From assembly GCA_025774805.1 (NCBI GenBank), contig JALGZR010000021.1, positions 1 to 37,927 on the forward strand: 37,927 nucleotides of DNA. The letters are read 5' to 3'. Positions 9,641 to 18,918 of this stretch are shown here, piece by piece. Made by a program: the position numbers and the translations under genes. A model generated the notes under the pieces. The model ran no database searches and was not told the origin of the DNA. It saw only the letters and a list, made by a program, of their open reading frames with translations. Source of the DNA: a bacterium. GTDB taxonomy: Bacteria; ARS69. Positions within the stretch are counted from its first letter, which is position 1; each line of letters opens with the position of its first letter.

Positions 9641-9824
9641 TCTCTCGATCTCCTGTCGCTTCGCGCTCCGCATCGGGACGCGCGGTCCCGGCGCCCCTTC
9701 GAGCTGTCGGGAGACTATATCCTGCATCGTCGATCGTCATTCGGAACGTGAGAGCTGGCAATGATTTCGGAGCATGCCTTCACGCAGGGCGGTACGGTTG
9801 CACGCGTGCGTGGTGCGCCTTTCC

Positions 9825-9853
9825 TTGACTCGGGCCGTCTTCGGGAGCTAGCC
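9825..9853 (+). promoter_or_regulatory. Candidate sigma70-type promoter for the XPB helicase gene (TTGACT-N17-TAGCCT)
   Basis: -35 TTGACT at 9825-9830 and -10 TAGCCT at 9848-9853 with a 17-nt spacer, about 75 nt upstream of the start codon. Pattern match only. Confidence 0.3.
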
Positions 9854-9876
9854 TGTAACCTTCCTGAATTGGAATG
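9853..9876 (+). promoter_or_regulatory. Conserved 24-nt motif CTGTAACCTTCCTGAATTGGAATG (copy 1). It is a candidate operator overlapping the predicted TSS of the XPB gene
   Basis: Near-identical to 26981-27003, upstream of the acyl-CoA dehydrogenase (ctgtaactttctgaattgcaatg). A partial third copy lies at 36224-36246. TTCC-N6-GGAA arms. Both full copies are followed by ATG. Confidence 0.4.
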
Positions 9877-9928
9877 TACTGGAGAACATGGCGGGAAGCG
9901 CCCCTGACCCCCTGGACGAGGACGAGCC

Positions 9929-11674
9929 ATGGCGAATCCCTCCGAACAGCCCCTGATCGTCCAGTCCGACCACTCCCTGCTGCTGGAGGTCGGCCACGAT
10001 CGCGCGGAGTCGTGTCGGGAAGCGATCCTCCCGTTCGCCGATCTCCTCAAGTCGCCCGAGCACGTCCACACGTACCGCATCACCCCGCTCTCCCTCTGGA
10101 ACGCCTCGGCGTCGGGTCTCGAGGCCGTGGACGTCCTCGAGCGCCTCGAATCCTACAGCCGGTACCCCCTGCCCCCGAATCTCGTCCTCGAGATCGAGAC
10201 CCAGATGGGGCGCTACGGGATGGTGGAGCTCCTTCCCGGAGACCGAAAGGGGGAGATCCTCCTCACGGTGACCGACGACCGGGCGGCGGAGGAGGTGTTC
10301 GTCAGCCCGGAGATCCGCCCCTTCCTCTTGGACGAGGGCAACGGGGACCCGCGCTGCCGCCGCATCCGGGGCGTCGATCGCGGGGAGATCAAGATCGCCC
10401 TCACCGGGATCGGGTTTCCGGCCCGGGATCTCGTGGGGTTCGAGGAGGGGGCCCGGCTCGCGTTCGAGCTGCGGGAGCGCACCGTCGAGGGAGCTCCGTT
10501 CGCCCTCCGGGGCTACCAGACGACCGCGGTCGAGGCCTTCTACCAGAACGGCAGCCCCGAGGGTGGACAGGGAATCATCGTTCTCCCCTGCGGGGCGGGG
10601 AAGACGATGGTCGGGCTCGGAGCCATCCATGAGACCCAGGAAAGGACGCTGATTCTCGTCACGAACACGGTCGCGGCAAAACAGTGGATCCGCGAGATCC
10701 TGGACAAGACCACGCTCGGTCCGGGCGACGTGGGGGAGTACGACGGGTCCGCCAAGGAGATCCGTCCGGTGACCGTCGCCACGTATCAGATCCTCATCTA
10801 CCGGGGGAAGAAGGACGGGGAGTTCCCCCACATGGCCCTCTTCCGCCGGGAGAAGTGGGGACTGATCATCTACGACGAGGTCCACGTGTTGCCCGCGCCG
10901 GTGTTTCGGGCCACCTCCGAGATCCAGTCCCGTCGTCGGCTCGGGCTCACGGCGACTCTCATCCGGGAGGACGGCCGGGAGACCGACGTGTTCAGTCTCA
11001 TCGGTCCGAAGCGCTACGAGCTTCCCTGGCGGGATCTGGAGTCGAAGGGGTGGATCGCGGAGGCCCGCTGCTTCGAGATTCGCGTGCCGTTTCCCGAGGA
11101 GCTGCGCGTGCGCTACGCGGCCGCTGACAAACGGCGCAAGTACCGCGTCGCCGCCGAGAATCCCCGCAAGGAACAGGTGGTCCATCAAATCCTCGAGAAC
11201 CACCCCGAGGATCACATCCTGATCATCGGCGGGTATCTGCGACAGCTTCGCTCGCTCGCTGCCTCGGTGGGGGCGCCCCTCATCACCGGACAGGTCCCTT
11301 CCGTCGAGCGCGAGAGGCTCTACGACGCGTTCCGGGCGGGAGACATCCGGATTCTCGTCGTCTCCAAGGTCGCGAACTTCGCGGTCGATCTTCCGGAGGC
11401 GAACGTCGCCATTCAGGTGAGCGGCACGTTCGGATCGCGCCAGGAGGAGGCGCAGCGGCTCGGCCGCATTCTCCGGCCGAAGAGAGTCGACACGCGGTTC
11501 TACTCTCTCGTCACGTCTCAGACCTCGGAACAGGAGTTCGCCCTCCGCCGCCAGCTCTTTCTGACGGAACAGGGGTACCACTACACCGTCGTCGATCTCG
11601 AGTCGTCCGCGGGGCTCGAGGATCTGCTGGAGGCGAAGGCGATGCCCGGTCCACCAGGAGTCGCCGCCACGTGA
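9929..11674 (+). CDS. xpb: XPB/Ssl2 (ERCC3)-type superfamily-2 DNA repair helicase
   Basis: The N-terminal damage-recognition-like domain (PLIVQSDHSLLLEV) followed by helicase motifs I (LPCGAGKT) and II (DEVH) and conserved C-terminal helicase motifs matches bacterial and archaeal XPB. Confidence 0.9.
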   Translation: MANPSEQPLIVQSDHSLLLEVGHDRAESCREAILPFADLLKSPEHVHTYRITPLSLWNASASGLEAVDVLERLESYSRYPLPPNLVLEIETQMGRYGMVELLPGDRKGEILLTVTDDRAAEEVFVSPEIRPFLLDEGNGDPRCRRIRGVDRGEIKIALTGIGFPARDLVGFEEGARLAFELRERTVEGAPFALRGYQTTAVEAFYQNGSPEGGQGIIVLPCGAGKTMVGLGAIHETQERTLILVTNTVAAKQWIREILDKTTLGPGDVGEYDGSAKEIRPVTVATYQILIYRGKKDGEFPHMALFRREKWGLIIYDEVHVLPAPVFRATSEIQSRRRLGLTATLIREDGRETDVFSLIGPKRYELPWRDLESKGWIAEARCFEIRVPFPEELRVRYAAADKRRKYRVAAENPRKEQVVHQILENHPEDHILIIGGYLRQLRSLAASVGAPLITGQVPSVERERLYDAFRAGDIRILVVSKVANFAVDLPEANVAIQVSGTFGSRQEEAQRLGRILRPKRVDTRFYSLVTSQTSEQEFALRRQLFLTEQGYHYTVVDLESSAGLEDLLEAKAMPGPPGVAAT

Positions 11675-13395
11675 AGCGGAGCCTGCGAGACTTCCTCGAG
11701 AAAGAGCTCCTCTTCGAGCACCTGCGCTCGATCTACCGCCACTTCCTCGGAACGGGCGGGTACGAACGCGGCGAAATGGTCCAGGGCCTCGTCGAGCATC
11801 TCGAGAGCTCGGAGGTGCGGTCCCGTCTGGTGACCGAGCTCACCCCCGAGGAGCGCGAGATGCTCTACGTGCTCCGGCAGGTGGGTGGGATCGCTCCCCG
11901 GGATTGGCTGTTCCGGGAGCTGGCGGCGCGCGGGGACCAACCCGCGAGAGCCATGAGGCGCGTGTTCTGGAACCTGCGTCGGCGGCACGTCACGTATCTC
12001 ATCGGAAGCGATACGGCCTATCTTCCGGAGGGCATCAGCGACGTCCTGGGCGACCGGATCAGCGGAATGCCGCCCCGTCAGGAGTCGGACGTCATTCCCG
12101 GGGCCAGCGCCGTCCGGCAGTCGGTCCACGGTCTCGTGATCGCCCTCTTCAACTACATCCACCAGAGTCCGCCCCGGGTCATGGCCGAGGAGGAGCGAAT
12201 CTGGAAACGCGACCTCGAGAACATGGCCGACTTCTTCCACTCGTACCTGCTCGAGTCGGGCGCGGGCGGTGACTCGGTGAAGCTCATCCGGGGCCGCCTC
12301 AGCCGGCTCGTCGAGCTGCTCCGCAAGATGGGATTCCTCGAGAAGCGGGGCAAACGCCTCTACCTCGATGCGGAGAACTGGTCCGACTGGTCGCGGCGGA
12401 GCGAGGTCGACCGCCTGAGTCTTTTCCTCTCCTTCCTCAAGGATCACTACGAGAAGATCCCCCTGGCCCTGGAGGCGCTGGTGGACTGGCGGAGCGCGGG
12501 GTGGATTCCGCTCGATCGCCTGACCGAGGCGGTTCGCTACCGGTCGCTGCGCGGCGCCTTTCACGTGCTTCGCGTGCGGCCCCAGGCCGAGGTCGCCGCG
12601 GAAGGGCCGGGTCGGCGCTGGGTTTCCGCCTGCGTTCACCTCCTCGCCGATCTCGGTCTGGTCTACACGGGAAGCGATCGGGACGGTGAGCCGATGGCCC
12701 GCGCGACCGACGGGGCGATCCGGGCGTGGGAGATGCTTCACTCGGGGAAATCGAGACGGCGGCGCAGCAAGGAGCCGGAGGGACCGAGAGCTTACGCTCA
12801 GCCGAACTTCGAGCTGCTCATTCCGGAGGAGTGCTCGCCCCGGCTTCACCAGGAGATCGGAGCGGTGGCTCGGCTCCGCTCGCTCGATCGCTTCTGGACG
12901 TACGTGCTGACTCCGGCCTCCGTCGCGCGCGGCGTGGAGGAGGGCTTCACACGGGATCGGGTTCTCGAGCTCCTCGACCGGCTGGTGGAGGGAATGCTGC
13001 CCTCCAACGTCCGCGATGCCGTGGCGGGGTGGGCGTCGACGACCTGGTGGGTCGAGGCGGACGGAAAGGGAACGGTCCTCCGGGCCGAGGAGTCCCGGTT
13101 CGACTCCATTCTCCGGATGGAGGGAGTCGAGGAGGTGTTCGAGCGGGACAATCACTCCCTGTTCCCCTTAGTCTCCCGGAAGGAGGCCGCCCACTGGCTC
13201 GAAGAGCGCGGCGTCCGGGTGGTCGAGGAGGACTGCGACCCGCCCGGGGAGTTCGGCCGATCGGCCCGGGAGGAGTACGACCGCGCGCTCGAGGCATGGA
13301 ACCGTCGTCTCGAGCACGGCGGGGAGGGAACGCCCGCTGGGAGCTTCTGGGACGATCCCGTTCCGGTGGAGCCGTTGCCCGAAGCCTCCAGTTGA
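11671..13395 (+). CDS. Uncharacterised 574-aa protein translationally coupled to XPB (GTGA overlap). It is a candidate XPB partner analogous to archaeal Bax1
   Basis: The GTG start overlaps the XPB stop (cacGTGAag). Long ORF with good codon bias. No nuclease or ATPase motif recognised by eye. Confidence 0.7.
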   Translation: MKRSLRDFLEKELLFEHLRSIYRHFLGTGGYERGEMVQGLVEHLESSEVRSRLVTELTPEEREMLYVLRQVGGIAPRDWLFRELAARGDQPARAMRRVFWNLRRRHVTYLIGSDTAYLPEGISDVLGDRISGMPPRQESDVIPGASAVRQSVHGLVIALFNYIHQSPPRVMAEEERIWKRDLENMADFFHSYLLESGAGGDSVKLIRGRLSRLVELLRKMGFLEKRGKRLYLDAENWSDWSRRSEVDRLSLFLSFLKDHYEKIPLALEALVDWRSAGWIPLDRLTEAVRYRSLRGAFHVLRVRPQAEVAAEGPGRRWVSACVHLLADLGLVYTGSDRDGEPMARATDGAIRAWEMLHSGKSRRRRSKEPEGPRAYAQPNFELLIPEECSPRLHQEIGAVARLRSLDRFWTYVLTPASVARGVEEGFTRDRVLELLDRLVEGMLPSNVRDAVAGWASTTWWVEADGKGTVLRAEESRFDSILRMEGVEEVFERDNHSLFPLVSRKEAAHWLEERGVRVVEEDCDPPGEFGRSAREEYDRALEAWNRRLEHGGEGTPAGSFWDDPVPVEPLPEASS

Positions 13396-13445
13396 GCCAT
13401 CCTCCTCCCGCGCCGTACGAATCCCCGCCTTCCGGAGAGAGATCG

Positions 13446-14474
13446 TTGAACCGTCCCCCGCGCGCGACTTCCGGCCTTCCCCGGTTGGCGCTCGCCGCCT
13501 TCGCCCTCACTCCGGCCCTCTTTCTCGCGGCCTGCGATCGCCCGGGCGACTCGCGCGCTCCGGAAGACGGGTTTCGCGTCGCGCTTCTGCTGACGGGGCC
13601 GATCTCTGACGATGGATGGAACGCGAGCGCGCACGACGGACTGCTTCGCATCGAGCGGGAGCTCGGTGCGAGCGTCGCGAAGGTCGAGAGTCTCGAGAAG
13701 AGCCGTTTCGAGGAGAATCTCCGCCAGTTCGCGGCGGACGGGTACGATCTCGTCTTCGGTCACGCGTACGAATTCCAGGACGCGGCGCTGCGCATCGCCC
13801 CCGACTTCCGCAACACGACGTTCGTGGTGATCGCCGGAAACACGTCGGCGCCGAACGTCGGCGCGGTGCACTTCCGTCTCGAGGAGGCGAGCTACGTTCT
13901 CGGGGCGCTCGCCGCGAAGCTCTCGGACACGCGGGTGGCGGGGATGATCGGCGGCGAGGAGATCCCCTCGCTCGTGCCCGGTTTCGACGGCTTCGTGAAC
14001 GGAGCGCGGAGCGTCGAGCCCGAGTTCGAGGTGATCACGAAATACGTCGGCAACTGGCACGACGTCGCCCTGGCCCGGGAGCACGCCGAGGCGTTGATCG
14101 AGCAGGGAGCACGCTTCCTCTTCCAGAACGCCGACAAGGCGGGCCTGGGTGTCTTCCAGGCGGCCGCGGGGCACGAGGGCGTTTTCGCGTTCGGATCGAA
14201 TCGCGATCAGAACAGCGTGCTTCCCGAAGCCGTTCTCGCGAGCGCCGTCCTCGACGTGCCCGAGGCGTACGTGCAGATCGCGCGCGCCGTGAAGGAGGGC
14301 ACGTACCGTCCTTCCGCCGCGACGATGGGCTCGCGGGAGGGCGTGGTCAGCGTCGTGATCAACCCGGTGCACGCCGCGAGACTCGGCCCGGAGATCGCGG
14401 CGTTCCTCGCGGGTCTGGAGAACCGGATCGCCCACGGCGAGCTCGAAGTCCTCGGGCCGCCGGCCGACCGGTGA
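13446..14474 (+). CDS. BMP-family (Med/PnrA-like) ABC-transporter substrate-binding lipoprotein, predicted purine-nucleoside binding
   Basis: TTG start after ggagagagatcg. Signal peptide with the lipobox LFLAAC. Sequence is typical of basic-membrane-protein family binding proteins (VALLLTGPISDDGWNASAHDG). Confidence 0.85.
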   Translation: MNRPPRATSGLPRLALAAFALTPALFLAACDRPGDSRAPEDGFRVALLLTGPISDDGWNASAHDGLLRIERELGASVAKVESLEKSRFEENLRQFAADGYDLVFGHAYEFQDAALRIAPDFRNTTFVVIAGNTSAPNVGAVHFRLEEASYVLGALAAKLSDTRVAGMIGGEEIPSLVPGFDGFVNGARSVEPEFEVITKYVGNWHDVALAREHAEALIEQGARFLFQNADKAGLGVFQAAAGHEGVFAFGSNRDQNSVLPEAVLASAVLDVPEAYVQIARAVKEGTYRPSAATMGSREGVVSVVINPVHAARLGPEIAAFLAGLENRIAHGELEVLGPPADR

Positions 14475-16054
14475 CCCGGTCCCGTCCCTCCGACCCGCTC
14501 CCCTCGAACCCCGGTCCGGGCGAACCTCCCCTGCTGGTCTGCGAATCGATCGACAAGCGCTTCGGCGACCTCGTCGCACTCCGAGGGGTGGACCTCGACG
14601 TCCGGGCCGGGGAGGTCCACGCCCTCCTCGGCGAAAACGGCGCGGGCAAGACCACGCTCATGAACCTGCTCTACGGACTGCTGCTTCCCGACGCGGGGCG
14701 CATCCGCTGGCGGGGGAGGGAAGCGCGGTTCGGCGGTCCCGCCGACGCCCTCGCGCTCGGCATCGGCATGGTGCACCAGCACTTCACACTTGTCCCGGCG
14801 CTGACCGTCTGGGAGAACGTGTGGCTCGCCCACCCCGGCCGCGCGGAGCTCCTCGTCGACGCCGATCGCGCCCGGGGGGAGGTGCGCGCCCTGGCCGAGC
14901 GCTTCGGCCTCGCGCTCGATCCCGACGCGCGGGTTCGCGATCTGCCGGTGGGAGCCCGTCAGCGAATCGAGATCACGAAGGCCCTGACGCGCGACATCTC
15001 CCTGTTCATCCTCGACGAGCCGACGGCGGTCCTCGCTCCCGGGGAGGTCCGGACGCTGTTTCGCGTCCTCCGTCGACTGGCCGAGGCCGGGTCGGCGATC
15101 CTCTTCATCAGTCACAAGCTCGACGAGGTGCTCGAGGTCTCGGACCGGATCACCGTGCTCCGCCACGGGCGGGTCACGGCGCGCTGCTCCACGGCCGAGG
15201 CGGACGCCGCCGAGCTGACCCGACGGATTCTCGGAGACGAGATCGCGGCGGCTCCCTCCGCGCGGGTGCGGATGTCGAGCCCCGCAGGCGCCTCCGAGGG
15301 AGAGGACCGACCCGCACTCTCCGTGCGCCGCCTGGAGACCGCGGCGGGGACCGGGGTGCCGCTGCGCGAGATCTCCTTCGATCTGCGGCCCGGGGAGATC
15401 CTGGGAGTCACGGGGGTCGACGGCAACGGACAGGACGAGCTGGTCGCGGCGCTGGCCGGTCTCCTCCGACCCCGGGCGGGGAGCATTCGTCTCCTCGGAG
15501 AGGACGTCACTTCGCTCGACGTCCGGGCGCGGTGGCGGCGGGGCCTGTCGGTGCTGCCGGGCGATCGGGCGCGCGAAGGACTCGTCCCCGCCCTGACGCT
15601 CTGGGAGAACCTCGCGTTGCGGGAGTTCGGTGCCCCCTGGGCCCGCTGGCGGGGACGGTACGCCGTCGTTCCGAATCGCCACCGCCGGCGCGCGCAGGCC
15701 CTTCTGACCCGACATGACGTGCGATCCCCCGGACCCGGGACGACGGCCGCCCGGCTGTCGGGAGGCAATCAGCAGAAGCTCCTTCTCGCCCGGGAGCTGG
15801 CCGCGGAGCCCGAGGTCCTCGTGCTGCTGAACCCGACGCGGGGACTCGACGTCGGAGCCGCGGACGCGCTCTACCGCACGCTCGATGAGCTCCGCCGGGG
15901 GGGACGCGCCGTTTTTCTCGTGTCGACGGAGCTCGACGAAGTCCTCGCGCGGGCGGATCGATGGGCCGTCCTCAGCGCGGGAACGCTTCGCGAGTCGCCC
16001 ACGCCCGATCGGGAGGCGATCGGGGCGATGATGCTCGGCGGAGGCCGGTCGTGA
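14471..16054 (+). CDS. ABC transporter ATP-binding protein with two tandem ATPase domains (nucleoside or sugar import type)
   Basis: The GTG start overlaps the upstream stop (GTGA). Two Walker A sites (GENGAGKTT, GVDGNGQDE) and an ABC signature (LSGGNQQK). Confidence 0.85.
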   Translation: MTRSRPSDPLPSNPGPGEPPLLVCESIDKRFGDLVALRGVDLDVRAGEVHALLGENGAGKTTLMNLLYGLLLPDAGRIRWRGREARFGGPADALALGIGMVHQHFTLVPALTVWENVWLAHPGRAELLVDADRARGEVRALAERFGLALDPDARVRDLPVGARQRIEITKALTRDISLFILDEPTAVLAPGEVRTLFRVLRRLAEAGSAILFISHKLDEVLEVSDRITVLRHGRVTARCSTAEADAAELTRRILGDEIAAAPSARVRMSSPAGASEGEDRPALSVRRLETAAGTGVPLREISFDLRPGEILGVTGVDGNGQDELVAALAGLLRPRAGSIRLLGEDVTSLDVRARWRRGLSVLPGDRAREGLVPALTLWENLALREFGAPWARWRGRYAVVPNRHRRRAQALLTRHDVRSPGPGTTAARLSGGNQQKLLLARELAAEPEVLVLLNPTRGLDVGAADALYRTLDELRRGGRAVFLVSTELDEVLARADRWAVLSAGTLRESPTPDREAIGAMMLGGGRS

Positions 16055-17172
16055 GCCCGGTCGCGAGCCCGGCCGGCGCCGGATCCGATTCGCCCCGCGC
16101 GGGCACGGCGCGCCCGGCGACGCGCCTGCGGGCGATCGCGCTCCAGGTCGCGCTGCTCCTCGGAGCGATGGCGGTGTCCGGCCTCGTCGTCCTCGCGACG
16201 GGGCGGGACCCCGTCGCGGCCCTCGGGGCGCTCGTCTCCGGCGCGTTCGGCTCCTCCTACGGGATTCTCAACGTCTTGACGAAGACCTGCCCGTTGCTCC
16301 TGACGGGCCTGGCCGTGCTGATCGCGTTCCGGACCGGCTTCTGGAACATCGGGGCGGAAGGGCAGTTCATCGTCGGCGCGATCGTGGCCGGCTGGATCGG
16401 AACGTGGCCGGGCGTTCCCGGCGTCGTGCACCTCCCGTTTCTCTTCGCGGGTGCCTTCGTGGCCGGCGCGGCGTGGTGCGGGATCGCCGCCTGGCTCCGG
16501 GTGCGGCGGGGCGCGCTCGAGGTGATCTCGACGATCATGCTCAACTTCGTCGCGCTCTACGTTCTCTCGTGGCTCGTCCACGGTCCGCTCATCCAGGCGT
16601 CGGGGGCCCAGCCGATCGGGGATCCCCTCGTGCCCTCGGCGACGCTCCCCCGGGTGTTCGGACCGGGCTACACGCTTCACGCGGGGATTTTCCTCGCGCT
16701 GGCCGCGGTCGCGGCCGGCAGCCTCCTGCTTCGCGTTACGGAGACCGGCTTTCACCTTCGCGTGGTCGGACACAACCCGGGGGCCGCCCGATGGGCGGGG
16801 ATCCGCGTCGAGCGCACGCTGTTCGCGGCCGCGATCCTCTCCGGGGGCATCGCGGCGGTGGCCGGTGCCACCGAGGTGTCGGGGGTGCTGGGCCGTCTCT
16901 TCGATCGGGTCTCGCCGGGCTACGGGTTCACCGCGATCGCGGTCGCCCTTCTCGCCCGCCTGAGCCCGTGGGGGCTCGTGCCCGCGGCGCTCTTCTTCGG
17001 GGCGCTCGAGGCGGGCTCCTCCCGCATGCAGCAGGAGGCGGACGTGTCCTGGGTGCTCGTCCTCGTGATCCAGGGAGTCGTCATCGTCGCGTCGGTCGCG
17101 ACCGGGCGGATCGCGCGGGGATTCTCGCAGGGATACTCGCCGGGATACTCGCCGGGCGAGGGGAAGGGCTGA
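16051..17172 (+). CDS. ABC transporter permease (BMP-family system, first permease)
   Basis: GTGA overlap with the ATPase gene. Polytopic membrane protein. The C-terminus carries the tandem GYSPGYSPG, encoded by a direct repeat ggatactcgccg x2. Confidence 0.8.
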   Translation: MSPVASPAGAGSDSPRAGTARPATRLRAIALQVALLLGAMAVSGLVVLATGRDPVAALGALVSGAFGSSYGILNVLTKTCPLLLTGLAVLIAFRTGFWNIGAEGQFIVGAIVAGWIGTWPGVPGVVHLPFLFAGAFVAGAAWCGIAAWLRVRRGALEVISTIMLNFVALYVLSWLVHGPLIQASGAQPIGDPLVPSATLPRVFGPGYTLHAGIFLALAAVAAGSLLLRVTETGFHLRVVGHNPGAARWAGIRVERTLFAAAILSGGIAAVAGATEVSGVLGRLFDRVSPGYGFTAIAVALLARLSPWGLVPAALFFGALEAGSSRMQQEADVSWVLVLVIQGVVIVASVATGRIARGFSQGYSPGYSPGEGKG

Positions 17173-18104
17173 TGGAGTTCGCCGCCGGTCTTCTCGAGGC
17201 CGCCGTCCGCATCGCGGTACCGATTCTCCTCGTCGTCCTCGGCGAGATCGTCGCCGAGCGGGCGGGCGTGCTCAACATCGGCCTGGAGGGCATGATCCTC
17301 GTCGGCGCGTTCGCGGGCTTCGCGGGGGCGTGGACGACCGGCTCCCCGGTCCTCGGGCTCGCCGCCGGGGTGGTGGCCGCGACCGGGCTGGCGTTCCTCT
17401 TCTCGGCCGCCGTCGTCCGCGCCGCGCTCGACCCCATCGTGACCGGGGTGGCGCTCAACATCTTCGCCCTCGGTCTGACCGGCGTCCTGTTCCGGGCGCT
17501 CACCGACGGAGCGGCGGGCGGGATCTTCGTCGAGACGCTGCCGCCGGTTCCCGTGCCCGGGCTGGCGCGCCTGCCGGTCCTCGGTCCGGCGCTCTTCTCG
17601 CTGAACGTCCTCGGCTACGCCGCGATCGTCCTCACGGCGGTCACGGCGTTCTTCCTGGCGCGGACATCCCCCGGTCTCGTGGTCCGGGCGACGGGAGAGA
17701 ACCCGGAGGCCGTCGAGACCGCCGGGGTCGACGTTCGCCGGGTGCGGGAGGCGGCGGTTCTCTTCGGAGGCGCCCTGGCCGGAGCGGCGGGGGTCTACCT
17801 GGCCGTCGGCTACTCGAACACATTCGTCGAGAACATGTCGGCCGGTCGCGGGTTCGTGGCTCTGGCGATCGTCGTGTTCGCGCGGTGGAGCCCGGGAGGC
17901 GGGGCGGTGGGAGCCCTCCTGTTCGGCCTGGCGGTAGCCCTCCAGGTGCGGCTGCAGGGCCGGGCGGTGCTCGGAGTCGAGATCCCCTACCAGTTCTTCC
18001 AGATGTTGCCGTACGCTCTCACTCTGGCGGTTCTCGCCGGCGCGGGCCGCCACGGCGCGGGAGCCCCCGCCGCTCTCGCGCGGCCCTGGGTGCGGAGCCG
18101 CTGA
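17172..18104 (+). CDS. ABC transporter permease (second permease)
   Basis: The ATG overlaps the upstream stop (TGATG). Hydrophobic polytopic protein paralogous to the preceding permease. Confidence 0.8.
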   Translation: MEFAAGLLEAAVRIAVPILLVVLGEIVAERAGVLNIGLEGMILVGAFAGFAGAWTTGSPVLGLAAGVVAATGLAFLFSAAVVRAALDPIVTGVALNIFALGLTGVLFRALTDGAAGGIFVETLPPVPVPGLARLPVLGPALFSLNVLGYAAIVLTAVTAFFLARTSPGLVVRATGENPEAVETAGVDVRRVREAAVLFGGALAGAAGVYLAVGYSNTFVENMSAGRGFVALAIVVFARWSPGGGAVGALLFGLAVALQVRLQGRAVLGVEIPYQFFQMLPYALTLAVLAGAGRHGAGAPAALARPWVRSR

Positions 18105-18135
18105 GGTGCCGGCGCCGGGGGAGGCCAGGACGCGA

Positions 18136-18918
18136 ATGCGGGTCACCCGGACGGAGAGGGTCGCGGTCGTCCTCCCGGGGAGCGGGGAGGAGGACGGCGT
18201 TCACCTCTTCGACGTTCTCGTGAGCTTGCTCGGAGACGTCGATCCCGTCACCGGGATGGTGTCGAACCTCGCCGACATGAAGCGGATCATCCGGCGCGAG
18301 ATCGTCGGGCAGCTTCACGGTCGAGTTCTCGACGGCGAGCGGGAGACGCCACGCCTGCCGACTCCGGGGGCGCTGGCCCGGCACGTCTGGGATCGCCTGG
18401 ACGGCGCCTTCGGAACCGCGAAGCTGTGCCGGGTCCGGCTCGCGGGGCACCCGTCGCCGGTGATCGATGTCGGGGGAGGAGAGGAGACGACCATGGACGT
18501 CACCCGGATCTACGAGTTCAGCGCCTCGCATCGCCTCCACGCCGCCGGGCTCTCCGACGGGGAGAACCTCCGGGTGTTCGGCAAGTGCAACAACCCGGCG
18601 GGTCACGGTCACAACTACGTGCTGGAGGTGACGCTGCGAACGGGACCGGGGGAGAGGGGAGAGCCCCTGCCGGCCGACACGTTCGACCGGATTGTCGAGG
18701 AGCGGGTGGTCGACCGTTGGGATCACCGTCACCTCAACGTGGACGTCCCCGAGTTCGCCGGCGTGAATCCGACCGCGGAGGAGATCGCCCGGCTCGCGTG
18801 GAACCGTCTCGAGGCCCCGCTCGCCGAGGCGGCCGGAGGGCGCGCCCGGCTCCACCGCATCACGCTCCGGGAGACGGCGCGCAACCTCGTCGAGTACTAC
18901 GGAGAGGAGGTCGCGTGA
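18136..18918 (+). CDS. queD: Two-domain 6-pyruvoyl-tetrahydropterin synthase / QueD-like protein (6-carboxytetrahydropterin synthase family)
   Basis: The C-terminal half carries the PTPS/QueD zinc motif C-x5-HGH (CNNPAGHGHNY), and the N-terminal half is a degenerate duplicate. ATG 18136 follows gggggagg. The ORF formally opens at GTG 18106. Confidence 0.75.
   Translation: MRVTRTERVAVVLPGSGEEDGVHLFDVLVSLLGDVDPVTGMVSNLADMKRIIRREIVGQLHGRVLDGERETPRLPTPGALARHVWDRLDGAFGTAKLCRVRLAGHPSPVIDVGGGEETTMDVTRIYEFSASHRLHAAGLSDGENLRVFGKCNNPAGHGHNYVLEVTLRTGPGERGEPLPADTFDRIVEERVVDRWDHRHLNVDVPEFAGVNPTAEEIARLAWNRLEAPLAEAAGGRARLHRITLRETARNLVEYYGEEVA

Noticed and set aside
13152-18146. Series of long minus-strand ORFs (13152-14579, 14207-15715, 15871-16773, 16920-18146) across the ABC transporter operon
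   Set aside because: They are antisense to genes with Walker, ABC-signature and lipobox motifs. Their composition is artefactual.
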